The notes beneath the pieces were generated by a model. It worked only from the letters and a program-made list of their open reading frames with translations, was not told the DNA's origin and searched no databases. A stretch of 64,000 bases of DNA from Chrysomallon squamiferum (lineage: Eukaryota > Animalia > Mollusca). Position 1 is the stretch's first letter. Each line of letters starts with the position of its first letter. The position numbers and the translations under genes were made by a program. The stretch spans positions 992,001 through 1,056,000 of the forward strand of contig CM022670.1 in NCBI GenBank assembly GCA_012295275.1, read 5' to 3'. Positions 20,401 to 35,400 of this stretch are shown here, piece by piece.

Positions 20401-23400
20401 CAAAACAAAACAAAACAAAACAAAACAAAACATAATAATAATAATACTGTCCTGAGGAAAATAGTAGCAAACATTTTATAAAATATTTTTCTTGTAAAAA
20501 TGTCCAGTCACAAAAATCAGAAGTTTTATTATATTTTATATTTGCATCAACAAACAAAATAGCTTGGGGAGAAAATACATAAAGAAAATAAAATACTTTT
20601 CTCTAGTGACCTAAAAAGGTCTACTTGTTTTGTTAAAATGTTTACTTCTTTTTGGTGGTCACAAGAAGTGAAATTTTGGACAGAGAAAACTGTTTTAGGC
20701 ATCAGATATTTATTACTGTTTATCACTGTTCTTTTATGCATCTTGGTTTTATGTCTTTGAAGTTATTGTTTGATCAGGAGTGTGTATGGGGAAATCCCCT
20801 TGATTTCATGTGGTTTGCTGTCTTTATGGTATTTTACTGTTTTGCTAGATTAATTTGAGAAAAGGAAAAATGGCATGCCATATTCATCTACTCCAAAGAA
20901 TCTTGACTGAAAAAACACATTAAAAACATAAGAAAAGATAATTTTTATTGGTTTAAAAAATGTTTTTTAAAAAATTAGGCCAAGATAAAAAAAAAAAAAA
21001 AAAAAAAAAAAATTGTATTATTTCAAGCAAAGATTTGGCAAGCAGTTCATTATTTACACTATAGTTTAAGAAAAGAAAGAAATACAATTCACATCTGAAT
21101 GTTTAATAAATTTTTTTAATGCTGTCACATTAAAAATTGGTTATTAATTTTTTAAAACAGTTGTGAAGTTTTATAAATAAAATAATCAAACTGAAAGTTA
21201 CTCTTTGAAAAAAAACTACCCAAAATGGCTACTTTAATCTTGATTGATACAATTCAGTGCTTGCTGGATTTTTTGGTAGGGAAATTTGAATTTGTGAAGG
21301 TAATATAAATGTCATTAGTTACAACAAAAAAAAAAAATGGTGTCATTAACATTGAAAATGAATTATAGGTGCTATTAATAATAATGACTTTTGATGTTGT
21401 TGTAGTAAATGTTACTGACAGAATGTTTAAATGTTATTTCTGTGATTATTACACATGGTGTGTTAACACTGGTTATATTGATATTGTTTGTACAGGCTGT
21501 TATAAAATATATCTGTCATGAGTGTAATACAATCTAGGATATCTTCATGTTTGTAATATAGTGTTAGTCACCTGATTGACCATTTTAAATGTATTTGCAG
21601 TGTCTATAGTTCAGGTTGTTTGCTTATTGCATTGTAAGTATATTAGAAGGAAAGTTAATAAAAAGATATTCATGATATTAACTTTACCTGCTGGCTCTGA
21701 TTCAGTGCCTGGGTGTGATCCTGGTCTCTTATGGTAATGAGAATATATTGACCATATAGTGACTTTAATATATTAGAAAAATTAGTATCCTTGCCATTTC
21801 TGTGATATGATAATCAAGTATATGTGAATATATTTTACTGTTTGAAATGATTAACAACTCCATTCTGAACTGTTGATTAGCAGCGAACTGCATGATGTGA
21901 AGCCAATATGTTGTGAACCACCTTTATGTTGTAAATTTAGAATTTTATATTCTTACATTATTTTAAAACTTGTTAAATGCCCTTTTTAATTAGAAAAATA
22001 AAAAAGAGAAACAATAAGACAACCCACTGTCATAAAACAACTTGCATTTTGAACATTTGCAGAATTATATGCAGTGATATGTATCAGTGGTTCCTTGTGT
22101 GGGTGACATTAGGTCCATGGGTAATTTCATTTGATATGCATTATAAAGAAATAATAAAAAAAAATAAAAAACTTGAGTCATAGACAGTGGGTGGAAAGAA
22201 GACTATCAGTGGTCTCCCCAGCATTTATGAAAGGATATGGTCAGGGTACAAGTACTTAGAACAATGTTCAAATTACTTGTTTGTCATAAATACTCCTGTA
22301 AATAATTGCATCAAATGCATTAAGTATTAACAAGTTTATTGTACTAGCAATGAAATAAAATGAAAGTGTCTGTTTAATTTATTATACAAAACAAATAAAT
22401 GGGTGGCGGATATTGCTGCTGTTGCTGATGAATGACAGGGCCCACCATCTCTTACAGTATGACAAACATAGGAAGTCAAGGGGGTAGTGACAAAAGTAGT
22501 GAAGGTGGTAGTGACTTAAAACAGTTTGACAACTGGTGATGTATATATTCAGCTTGTATTTCTTTAGAAATAAAATAACAGAATATTGCTTAATAATAAC
22601 CCAGTTGTCACAGAACCTTTCTTAAAATTACTGCTTTTTAAATTTGAACCATTGGTAAGTCCCTGTTGTATTATCATCTGCTGCAAATTTCCATCTATGG
22701 TAATGTATGAACTTCTGTAGTCTGTGCATGAATAATGTACATGTGATGACAGCCTTTACTTGGTACAGTAAACATAACTCTGTGTAACTGATTATGGCAA
22801 CTTGGAATTAATATTGCATAACCGACATGCAAAACTTAGTGATTAATAAGGTAAAATAAGGAGCATTGTTCAAACCTGTTGGCATAATCAGTGTTAAATG
22901 TTATCCTAAATATGTATTTGTTTCTTTAGCTATTAAATACCATAATATTACTAAAAACACATTGAATTTTGACATAGTATTTTTTTGAAACAATTTATTT
23001 TTGTGGTATGCATTCAGATACACTGTATTTACTCAGTCTTTTCGTACATGTGAGATATAGAGCAGATGTAACATACTATTCAGCATGTACTTGACAGGTG
23101 ACAATTTTCCATGGGTTTGTGATACAATTGGCCATATATCTTTAAGTGTTTTTCATTATACCTGCAGTGATATAACAAATATATTTTATGTATCTGCAAC
23201 TTACTGTTTAATTTATTTTTTAACAAAAGTATAAATACAATATAATACTCAAAGAATATTAAAAAAAAAACATGAAAACTAAACAAACAAAAAACTCCCA
23301 TAAAGTGTAACATGAATATTTATATTTTTAAATATATTTTGTTTTCATGTTTCTGTAGATATCTGGTAGAGATCAGTGACTAACACTATATCACAAAAAT

Positions 23401-26400
23401 GTAGATATCCAGGATTATACTATACCCATGATATGTTTTTATAACAGCTTGTACAACAAATAATAATATGCACATAACCACTGTTAATACAAAGCATGTA
23501 TTCACAGAAATAAGAAATGTAAACAAAACAACTGTCTCATGGCATCTACATGAATCTGTCTTGTCATGTTCACTGAAAACACTTTTTTGACAATGACAAG
23601 AGAAAGAAGAAAGAAAATAGTATAAAATATATTTAGGCTGTTAATGCTGCCATACATTTATTTAATTCAACAGGAAACAATTCTTATTACTTCAAGAATT
23701 TTAAATTTTTATTAAATACATTTTTAATAGCTGTTATATATATATAAAAATGTTTTTATTAAAACTAGCTTTTGATAATTTTTTAGAATTATTCATACTG
23801 AACAACATACTTCATTTGCAATCAGTGTGGGCAGAATATTTTTATTTCATTAAACTTTCATTGTAATAATGAACATTATTTCTTCTAATAAATATAAAAT
23901 ACTAAACATTTTTCTTTTATATTGATATCACATTCATAAGGTGATGATTCTTGAATAATTAGCATATTTTCTAAATTGCCAGTTTATAATAATAAAACAA
24001 CCCTCTAGGCCCCTCTTCAATTTTTTAAAACATTTAAATTTTTTTTTTTTTGAATCAGAATACCAATTTAAACTTCTATCTGTCAGCTATTTCAGTGTTA
24101 TTAGTAATAAACCTTCCTGTATTAACTTTCTGTAGTTGCAATATGTAAATAGAATTAGGTTAAAAGATCTGAGAGCAATTTGTTGCAGTCTGGTGTGAAA
24201 TAGAGAATATTGATACTGTTTGGTATTACAGATGTTGGGAAATACTGCTGGCAAATTATGAAAAGGTTCCACACTAACAGCAAAAGCAGCAACAAGGCAT
24301 ATTTTAGTCAAATAAAAATACTTGAGAATGTGTTCGTATGATACTCAGTTTCTTTTTATTGGGTAACTCTCGGGAGTTAGTGTTTAAGATTAACCAATTG
24401 TGTTTGGGCTTCTGGTACATTATATTTGTCTTTTGCAAGTGATCCAGTTTGGAACTGAGACCTGTTTCAGCGATTCCAGTTTTATCTTTTGTTGACAAGA
24501 CCCAGTGCATGTTCTACAAACACCATAGTAGTAGTCTCTCAGACTGTCAAATGTGTCTTTAATACATGTATAAATGTCTTTGAGTGAAGTTTGAACATCC
24601 ATTACCCTCCTTTCTTCTGCCATGCCATACCTTGAATGTCACTGCTTTGATTAAATTGTTTTCTAAGTTAGTTTCTGTTTTTCAGACAATTTTTCATTCT
24701 CTGTCATAACAGCGTTTCATAACAGCGACAGAATCATCAGCATTTTTCATACATGTGAAATGCTCGTGTTTCCCTCTCATATTAACCCTGGATTTATATA
24801 GATACTGCTTGGCAGTAAACAATGTTAAATTGATTATATTATCTTCTTCAGAATAGTTTTGGTTTACTTAAATAATTGTTTGAGAATGTATTTGGAGTCT
24901 GTTTTGTTCTCCAGTTTATAACAGTACTGGTCCTTATCTTTTAGTAACAGATATTTTATTTGAATATATGTAGTTTGAAATTTTTTTTTATACATATCAT
25001 CAGAATCCTGTATAATGATTTTTATGCAACATGTTTTGGTATTTCTTTTATGTATTGATTTTATGACACATTTGCATTTTATTTCATTTAGTGTGAACAA
25101 CGTTAATAAATTTAAACGGGCTGATGTTAGTTTTAATTTAATAATAGATTTCTGAATCTAAATTTTTTTTTACGAGACTGTCAAGATGTCTTCAGCACAT
25201 CTAGATGACTAAAGCTCACATTAATTAGAACTTTAAAAAGGCTTGTACTAAATTACACACCAACTTATTCTTGTCTTTTCTGTGATTAATGTATTTATTT
25301 TATTTTTATTATTATTATATTATACAGTATACTGGAAAAGAAATTGCCTCCATTTTATTATTATTCTTACACACAAGGTTAACAAGGGATATTTTAATTT
25401 GTAGTGAGGTTTTTTTTTTTAGCTTACCGAAGAAATGTCAGTTTTCCTAATAAAATGTAGTATTTGTGAATTATAATTTTGAAATCTGAAATAGTATTTG
25501 AGCTAAAAGTTATTAATATTGGAGAAAAATGACATCACGTAGAATATTGCAGAAACAGCTGTTAAGTGTACTTTGATATCTTGTATTCCTGAAGTGTTGG
25601 ACGCACACAGTTGATACAACACATTTATTTAATAAGTAACATATGTTCAGAACTGTATGTACAAGATTATTGTAGTCAAACAGTGAAATGATATTTAATC
25701 TTTGAGTATCACATTTATGACTTTTACTCTTAGAATATTAACAGTGGAAATGTTGAATAACAAACTGTAATATATGCAGATATAAAATAAAATAGTAGAT
25801 ATATATCCATTTTATATCTACATTTTATAATACCACAGCAGATTTTTTCTAATTCAGCTGTGACTAACTTTCATAAGCTACATTTAAACAGGGTTAACAG
25901 TACTGGTGTGACATGAACATGAGGGTAAAATGTGTGTGTATGTGTCTGTGTCTATGTGCAAATTGATTTAGAAAAAAATTAAGTTACCAGTTGTGCATGC
26001 ATAAATGTCATTAGCCATAAAGATGTTTCACTAGCTCTTCATCTCTTTGCTTCTGCATGATGTTATAATAATATTATGAAACTAACTAAATAAAATGTGT
26101 TACTGCTATTTTAATCTAATCCCTACCCACACTCTTCATAAACAGTTTCAAATCCATTCCTGTAGTCCAAATCTCGTATGTAATGCAATTTTCTGGAAGC
26201 TGATTTAAAAATTTAAAAATTTCATGAAAATAAACTGACCATTGTCTTTTTGAAAATACATTTAACTGATCAATGGTACGCTTCACTGAAATTTTTATTT
26301 TGCCGACTTTTATCCTGCTCATCATAGTCCTAAATCACTTCATGATCAAATGTGTTGTATCTGCAGTGACATAAAATGATGAATTATAAAGAATTCCTGT

Positions 26401-29400
26401 AAAAAGAGCTTGAAGCGAAGGATTAGTTTTGTGTCAGTTTAATGTTAATAGCTCACGAATGACATTTTATCATTCACAGCAAGTGAGTATAATGAATCTC
26501 TAATCATTTGAATTAGTGATGGTTTTTCTCAAAATACATCTTCAAAAGAAAACAATGTTTGATAAACTGTGCTGTTTGCTGTTATGATTGATACCCAATT
26601 TTGTCTGTGGTGTGAGTATTTGTAATTTAATTATTTAATAAAATGTGACATGAATAGAGATAAGAAATTACATACAGAATATGTGGTTATATTTCTGTTC
26701 ACTGGGAAGTGGTACCTCCATAACATTCATAGCATGTAACATTTTAACACCAGTCTGAAGTTATTATCAAACAGCTGTAAAATACATAATTATAAACAGT
26801 CTACACTTCAAAAGAAACAACCAAAAAAGCAACAACAAACAACAACAACAAAATGCACCAACAGAAAAAACAAAAACCATATGCAAAACAGCCTTCCCAA
26901 ATAACAACAAACATTAAACTCAAAATAATGCACCAGAAACCTTCACCAAATCCTTTATCGTTTACCACATAAATTATTTTAAAAGTAAATGCATGAAAAC
27001 TAATTTTTTTATGTTTTATTTTACAATTGTAAAATGTGTTTACTTGTATAGCCTTGTAGAATTGACAGGTTTTCAGTGCTAGGCATGTTTCTAGGCTGAA
27101 CTGACTTAATATACTTAAAGACCTGCAAAAAAAAAAAAAAAAAAAAAAAGACCCTCCCCAATATATCTAAAAATCATATATTTTTTTTTTTTTTTTTTTT
27201 TAATAAGTTTTTATTCTCTTTTTCTCTGAAGCTTTTTATTAGAGGTTGTTGTTGGAAATTTTGTGTGCCTACAAAGAAAACAAGTCAGTCATAAACTTTC
27301 AGACCACGAATTAACATGTATTGATTATTCTTACATTTAAATAAACCAAATAGTAAAAAAGTATACTTTTAATTCTACAATTCTCTGTCTGTATTCACTT
27401 CTCATTTTCACTGAGAAATGAGTTTTCATGTGTTGGTCAAAGCAAATCAGATTTGCCTGATTTTCAGCATTACTGGGCTGAAAGTGTGAGGCTGGACAGA
27501 TCAGTGCAACTCGGAGTGGCAAGATACCAGTTCTTGATATATACAGTTCAGTTTCTTCAGTTTACTCAGATTATGCTTTTCTTTTGTGGAAACATGCTTA
27601 TAACATACACTTGTTAATAAGTAACAACTATACTTTTTATCTTTTAAAATTAAATGGTTTGTATACAAAGTTATTTGTAAATAGTTTCCTTTAAAAAATC
27701 CACAAAAACACAGAAGGGTTTTAAAAAAAAAAAAAAAAAAGAAGAAAAAAAAAGCACCAACTCTCACTCCCAAAATGTAATAAATTCCAGTATGTTACAT
27801 GAATCTTAAAACCAGTATCCTGAAAATCTATAAAATCACTGCATTGTCAAACTGTTCTAATGCATTCAGGCATAGAGACAGACACACAGACACATACAAA
27901 TACATACATACATACATACATATTGCTGTTTTTAATTTTTAATTATTATTATTATTAATGGAAAATGTAACTAATTTATAACATTCCCCCCCAAAAAAAG
28001 ATGAAAAAGAAAACATTTTCAAATAATGGCTTACGTTGAGGTATTTTGTGTTGTTATGTTTTGTGTGGTTCGCTGATGAGCATGTGTTATTTTATTGGAA
28101 AGAAGCCTAGCACTGACAGGTATACACACAGAATGATCCGTGAACTGGCTGGCCTAGTTTTCATAACTGTGATCCAACAGGTGCAGAATACAGTGTATTT
28201 GTCACAGCCAGTTGGTTTAACAGTGTGTATGTGTGTGTATGTGGCTTCTTCTTTCCTTGTTTTTACATATGGTAGGTTTAAAACCACCCACCAAAATTGT
28301 TTAGCAATACAGTTGTTGTATTCGTGGCATCGTTTATGTGTATGTTACATGCTTCACAGTGGCTATGGATGATAATGTTAAAATTGGAACTTTGAAAGGT
28401 AAATTTTAATTTACTTGTCTTTTTTTTCTTCTTTATTTGTGCTTTGCTGTTGTTATTGGGGTTTTTTGCTGTAAAGTAAGTTATACAGTTATAAGCAATA
28501 CTTTTTGATTACATTTATTTTTTTCATTTAAAGAAGTATTTGTTAATTGGCCCTTATTTCGTGCTAAATTTTACTGTTTTGGGAAATTATTTTTATTATT
28601 AAATGTTTTATTTTTATGAAATAATTAACGGACGCATTTTGGACACCAGTGGTGGAAATATTTTTACCTGCTTAGTTTCTTTTAAAAGAATTATTAATAT
28701 TGTTATCACTGTTTAAAAAAAAAAAAAAAAAACAATACCAGAGATACACAAAATTCATGTATAAATAGAATCCATTTATCACATATGCTGATATTCAGAA
28801 ATGGATTAATACAGTTAATAACATAAATGTTTATGTAAATCAGTATCACCTTGAGAAAATAAAAAATAAAAAAAGGGGGAAAAAAAGGTTTGAAGAGTTA
28901 ATAAGCTATCATGTTTGCATGGATAATGTACATTAGTCATTACAGCCCTGAAGTTAGCACATAGCTCAGAGCAGTATCTGTGTGACTTTAATAAGTTTTT
29001 AATTTTCTTTGAATATTAAGTGTTCCATTTGGGAATATATTAAATTACTGTGAAAATATTAACATGAATCTGCTGCAGGTAACAAATAATGAAAGAAAAA
29101 ATATGAGGACAGTTGTTCTACTGTTAATATAAATGTCAGACAACACCCTGTGTTGTTTACATCATTCACAACAGATCATCATTTTGAGGACATAATAAAG
29201 TTTGATGTTTTATAACATAGAAACTGAATTTAAAACAAAAAATATTTGTTTATAGGGTTTTACAAAAAAAAACTTTCAATTTATAAATAAGTGATAAATA
29301 GTAAATACTTATTAATTCCATAATCATTTACTGTGTTTACCTGTTAAATAAACCTATACCCATCTTTTTCTTCCCTTTTTCTTTCTTATTTCATCTGTCA

Positions 29401-32400
29401 TCATTTATAAATATTATAAAAATAACAGTTGCCCTCTGGGCATTCTTACAGAGCAGTTATGAAATGCATGGTGCATAACATCATGTATTCTAACTTAGTG
29501 AAAAGAAATTATCTTATTTTTTCATGTCCTTGATGTTATTTTACATATGTGCAGCAAAATGAAAAGAAGAAAAACAACACATTCGGATATTATCATGAAA
29601 AAACATAATTGACATGACGGCTATTAATTTAAAAAAAAAATCTATTAGTGAGAGGCACCCTAATTATTAACTAATATTTTTTATTTTTATCTTTATAGAG
29701 CAGAAGCAAGCTGAAAAAATACCAAAACCAGTAGTTCAGAGTCCGAAGAAAGTGGAAGTAAAGGTAATTTAAAAAAAAACTTGTTTGTCAGGCAGGTTAG
29801 TGGGGAAAAAAAAAATAAAGACAAAGAACAATGACGACATCTTTATCTTCAGTTGTAGCAAACCTTTTCTTCACAATGTCAACATAACTCTCTTCATCAT
29901 GTGCTGAGTCGTTCACTCTGAGTTACCTGCTGATGCTTTCCAACAGAGTTTTCAGTTGATTTTTTTCCAATTTATTTCTCAATCTAATATCTAATGTATG
30001 GAGTAGGTAACTGTATGCAAAGATTTAAGAATATATTTGTTTTTTTCATTAGACACGAATAGTGCCGTTCTCTAATAGCTGATGGATTATTACTGGTAAT
30101 GTCGTAGATGTCTCTGTAATTCAGTTGTTTTACACTGCTGATGTTGATGACAGAGATAAAGCATGTTTTTCTGCAGACAAGACACCTGATTTACATGGAA
30201 GTGCATTATTCATTTTCTCTTCTTTTTAAATTTCAGGAAACGCCACTTTCTGACGACAATTGGCCTGCATTAAGCGAAGTGACAGAGGTAATTGTGTTGT
30301 TTGGATCCTGTTTAAGTGTCTAATACATAACTTCATAGCATATTTTAAAACAACATGTATAAAAAGTACGTTTGACAGAGTGGCCTGTGCAGAAAAAGAA
30401 GCATCAAATTTTATATCATGTCCAGCTCCCCCCAAAAAACATACTCTACCCCCCTCATATTTTTTCTAGTAACAAGAATGAGTAAATGCTGATTGTATGT
30501 TGATACAACTCACTAAATATTTGTTTTGTCTCAGTGATTATAAATCTGTCTGAACACTGTGATGTTTCAATTGCACAGTGAGAGACAAACAAGTATTTAA
30601 AAATAAGAATGAAAATATGATCGTATGTTAATTCCATTTAAAACATTTGTATGATTAACATCATTTTTTAACGATATATAAAATTCACCTTTTTTAAATT
30701 TATATTTTACATGTTACATTTTGTGGATAAATATTCATATTTTTAGACATAATGTATAGATTTTTATTTCTATGAATAAAATATTAAAAATTAATAGAGT
30801 TTCATAAATGCAGAGTAACATTTAACTATGTTTTGTTTATATATTTTGTATCTAAATTTAAATTCAGTTTGAATGTTGCCAACATTTTACTTTATATTTG
30901 CTTAAAAATGTTACATTTCCATACAGTTTGGAAAATTAAATATCTATTGAACTAAAAACTTGAACTAAAACAAAGAGTCAGAAATAATGTTTAGTTGTTA
31001 GTATTAAAGAAAAAAACAGTGCTTGGAACATTCCTGGAAATTCTATTAATGTGGCACTGCTTAATCTTTTTTGTTTCTTCGCAGTCACAGAATGTTAACA
31101 AGAAAGTGCTATCACAGACAACAACGTCCCAGACAGTTACAATGAACAACTCGCAGCCGGCAGATTCAGGCGGTTACGAGTCCTCCAAGGAAAACAAGGA
31201 AAACACCACAGAAGAAGCTCCCCGAACACCAAAGGGGAAGAAATGTAATTTTCTCATTGTGCTTTATTTAATGATTTCATTTTTAAAATGATGCTTTTGC
31301 ATGCAACTTACTGCAGAGATATTACTCTTTCTACGTTTCTTTTATATCTGTGTCTGTGTTCGTCTGTCTGTAAGTCTGTCTCCATGTCAGTCTCTTTCTC
31401 TCTTCTTGTTTCTTCTGTTTTAATGTCAAAGGTTTTGCTGTTTATTTTGCTGAGAAGATATATTTGTAAAATGGCATGTTTTATGAGTAGCCCAAAATAA
31501 CGGTGGAATGTGTTTTTTCTGTTTTCAGCGGGTTCTCGACAAAAGTGGGTTCCGCTTGATATTGACCCACCAAAATCTGATCGAAGACAAAGAAGAAGCC
31601 GAAGTCAAGGGAGGGGTCCTGCCTCACCCTCCTCTGCCAGGCGCGATGGTAGGCGGGCCTCAGATAGACTAGCTCGAGGGGAAAAACGAGATGGTAAATC
31701 AGGTCATTTCAGTGGCAAATATTATGTAAAGATAAAATGAAAAACATGGTGCTATAATTAATTGAATTTGTTTCCAAATGAGTTGCTAATATGAGAATGG
31801 AAAAGATCTTTTGAATTTTAAATCTTATATTAGGAAACATTTACATTAAAAAGATTAAAAGAAATGGTTTGAAAAAATAAAATTTTAAATACTGATATTT
31901 ATGTGACAGGTGCTGATTCAAGGAACTGTAAAATAAAATTTAAAATACTGATATTTATGTGACAGGTGCTGAGTCGAGGAACTGGAGGGATGACATGGTG
32001 GGGTCTGGTGAGGGAAGAAGCAGCTACTCTCGTGGAAGACGAGGTCGAGGTCGTGGAGGAGTTAGAGGGCGTGGCCGTGGCCGAAGTAGTGACTCAAGTA
32101 AGTTTTTGAACACTGTTCATTTCCTCTCTTACTGGGCGTCGTGTCATCATTCACAGGATCAGTCGACATCTGTGCTTCCCATATCAGCCAGTGACCCTCA
32201 TTTCAGAGATTTTGCTGTGTGTTTATTACTTTCAGAGGTTAATCTCATCTTGGTCATTAATTCACTCTATTTTACCCACTGTCCACACAGAACCAGTCCA
32301 GCATGAATATTCAGCTCAGTATAATAAATTTCTTCCTATTGACATCAGCGAATTTTTACATCATACAACCTATGTCTTTTATTTATAATTTCTTACATTT

Positions 32401-35400
32401 CATTTGATTAATTCTGACAAGGTTTGTCTGTAAACAAATTTACATTTTATTGATTAATTTGTACAAATTTCATTGTTTTCTGATGGTTGTTTTCAGGTGG
32501 AGAGTTTCAGCCATTTACGTTTGATGATCAGGCTGTGTTTGGTGACCAGAATTTCAGTCCAGCCTTTGGAGGAACTGTTTATTTTACTTCACCATCTGTA
32601 GACAACACAGTGGTGAAAGAATTTGTTAAAAAACAGATGTAAGTCTAGAACTGTGCATGTTTAAAATGACATAAATACAAATTCAGAGTTAATGTTTTGT
32701 AATCTCAAAGTTTCAGTAGTATAAACTGAAAACTGTTGCAATAAATATTCCAAATTATGTTTAGTTCAGAACCTGGAAAAATTAAAATTGTCATGAAAAA
32801 AAAAAATAGGAATGTTGTATAAGATAATTATAATACAAAATTGTAATTGGTAAACTGGCAAAGCTTATTTAGACTTTACAGCAAATGAGAATTAAATGAA
32901 TTTAAAGAAAAAAATAAAACAGATGAAAAAGTTAATTGAGAAATTAAAAAAAAAAAAAAAATGAAAGCTTTAATAGATCAAAAAGTGAATTGTCAGGGAG
33001 AACAAAAAACCCAACAAAATGAGATAACAAAAAGAGGCATTTGAAGGGAAATGTTTGTTTTTAAATTTCAGAGAGTATTACTTCAGTGAGGAGAATCTGC
33101 AGCGAGACTTCTTCCTCAGACGCCGCATGGATTCTGACGGCTGGATTCCTGTCAGTCTGATAGCCAGCTTCCACAGAGTGCAGGCTCTCACCCAGGACCT
33201 GGATCTCATCATCGAGGTGAGTCATAACTTTGTAACTAGAATATACTGATACAGGAACAGTATTTTAAAAGTGAAATTAAGTTTAAAAAAAAACAAGTAA
33301 AAATAAAAAAATTAGAAAAAATTAAGTGTTGGAAAAAGGTGATGACAATAATGGCTTTGTGACCACAAATGTGCACATACATTGATTTCTTTTTTTGTGT
33401 AATTGTAAAAGGTAAGAGATCTAAATAGTGAACAAAAATAATACATATCCTTTCCATGCATTTCAAACTACAGTTATAAGCTCAGTAATTTTTACAAACA
33501 TATACATGCTTCTAGGAATATCATTCATAGATTAATCCTGCAGTTGATAAAATATTTTTAAACTTCTTGAATTTTTACATTTTTAGGCACTTTCTGAGAG
33601 CACCATTGTCGAGCTGTCAGAAGACAACCTGCAGGTTCGTGGTAAAGACAATCCTTCAAAATGGCCGCTCGAGGGACCAGCCTTGATAGCAGCATCCAAG
33701 CTGCACGTGGATGTCCCAGAATTTGTACCTGGCAAACCTTTTCACTTTCAACAGCAAGGTGTGTACTTCTCTTCATGTTTAATAAAAACTAACATTTTGG
33801 TTTTTTTCAGCCCAAGTTTTCTGTCTGCTGTGTAAAAGATGGGGAGAACACATTCATGAATTCTTACAAAAAACGTAGTATTATTTCTTCGTTTTCAGTT
33901 AATATAAAGAATTACTCCCAATGTGTAATGTCATACCAATTAATTAATTAATTAACTGAATTTGTTTTCAACTAAAAATACGTTTCACAGCAAATAGCTA
34001 TCCAAGTTGTTAAAATGAGCACAAAAAATAATTTTTGAATTTTAAATCCTACATTAGGAAAAATTTACATTAAAAAGAAAAGAAAAAAGAATGCTTTGAA
34101 AATACAGTTGTCACACCACTTGGATTTCATTAGATAGCAACCGATTTCTTGATTCACACAACAATCAGTGCTGTTATATCTGTTGATACAAACTGTAGTG
34201 AAGTGTCATCAAATCAGCATTCATTTTTGATTGATACAAAATGATCATGATGTTTTTCTTCAGATGACGACGATGACGACGATGATGATGATGATGATGA
34301 CGACAGCAAAGATCAGGATGATCTACGATGGCAGGAGATGTCATGGTTGTCAAGTCCACACCCATCAACCCACATCTTATCTACAAGTGCTCCTGAGCTG
34401 CAGGGAGAGTGGAGGGAGGTTCGCAGGCGAGAGAAGAAAGCTGCCAAAGAGAGGTCGGAGGCCAAAGAGAAGTCTGACTCGAAGGTTTGAGTTCAATCTT
34501 TGTCTCAGTTACTCCAGCAGTCTGTCTGTCTGTCTGTGACAGTGATAGCTTTCATGTAGCTCCATCTTGTATATCATAATTGCAAATTTCTTACAGAGCT
34601 CACTTGCATGCATGCATGCATGCATGCACGTGCACACACACACACACACACACACACACTCAGAGCTTTTAATATGAATTCTACCAGATGTTGACCTTTT
34701 ATTTGCATGATGGTACTTCGGTCAGAAGAAACAACAGTGGATATTCAGGATGACCAGTTGAGTTGGTCAGTCTCTGATTGAACTGTTTGAAAATCATTTC
34801 TGCACTTACTGAACACAACACAGTGTCAATGTTTGCTTTCAATAAAAGAAATAATTAGGAGTGATATGCATGATTGAAAATACAGCACAAAACTGAATAG
34901 TGTATTGTACAGTGATAACATTTGAATTGTTTGCCACACACAGATATTATTAAACTTTTGTACTAAATACTTTTCTCACAACAAATGAATGTCACGTTTG
35001 ATCTGTACTAATGGAAATACATCTGTTACATTACTTTGGCATTTCAAAATTCAGTTCTTTTTATAATCAGTTGCTCTGACAACCAAATGTGTTAGATGAT
35101 TTCCACTAACTTCCTTTGCTCCTGTTTGTAAGATGTTTATAATAGGAGAATGTCAAAAAAATATCAAACATTCTGCTTCGAATAAATAAATATTTTGCCA
35201 TAACCCAAATAAATGATTTATGATTGTTATTTACAACCTTAATCATTAACAGTAACACCAGCTTGTTACGGTATATTTTAATCTAATGTCTTGTACTGAA
35301 ATTAATAGTAATTTGTACATTTATTACTGTCAGTAGCTGGCTCTTTTTTGTTGTTTTTTATGTGGTTTTCATTTAAAAACATTTTTAAACTATTTTTGAA

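Noticed and set aside
24087-24623. Three overlapping minus-strand ORFs in LARP1 intron 1
   Set aside because: No recognisable domain or splice structure; at most an unassignable decayed element.
26116-26325. Minus-strand ORF faintly like a Harbinger/DDE_Tnp_4 C-terminal motif ([14 protein letters not shown])
   Set aside because: Too short and degenerate; no other transposase motifs or terminal inverted repeats found.
32110-32388. Possible alternative exons in LARP1 intron 6
   Set aside because: Candidate acceptors are out of phase or lead to a stop without a good donor; cannot be supported without RNA data.
34706-34780. ATGATGG...CTGA C/D-like element
   Set aside because: Imperfect box C, no terminal stem, no paralog and no recognisable guide.
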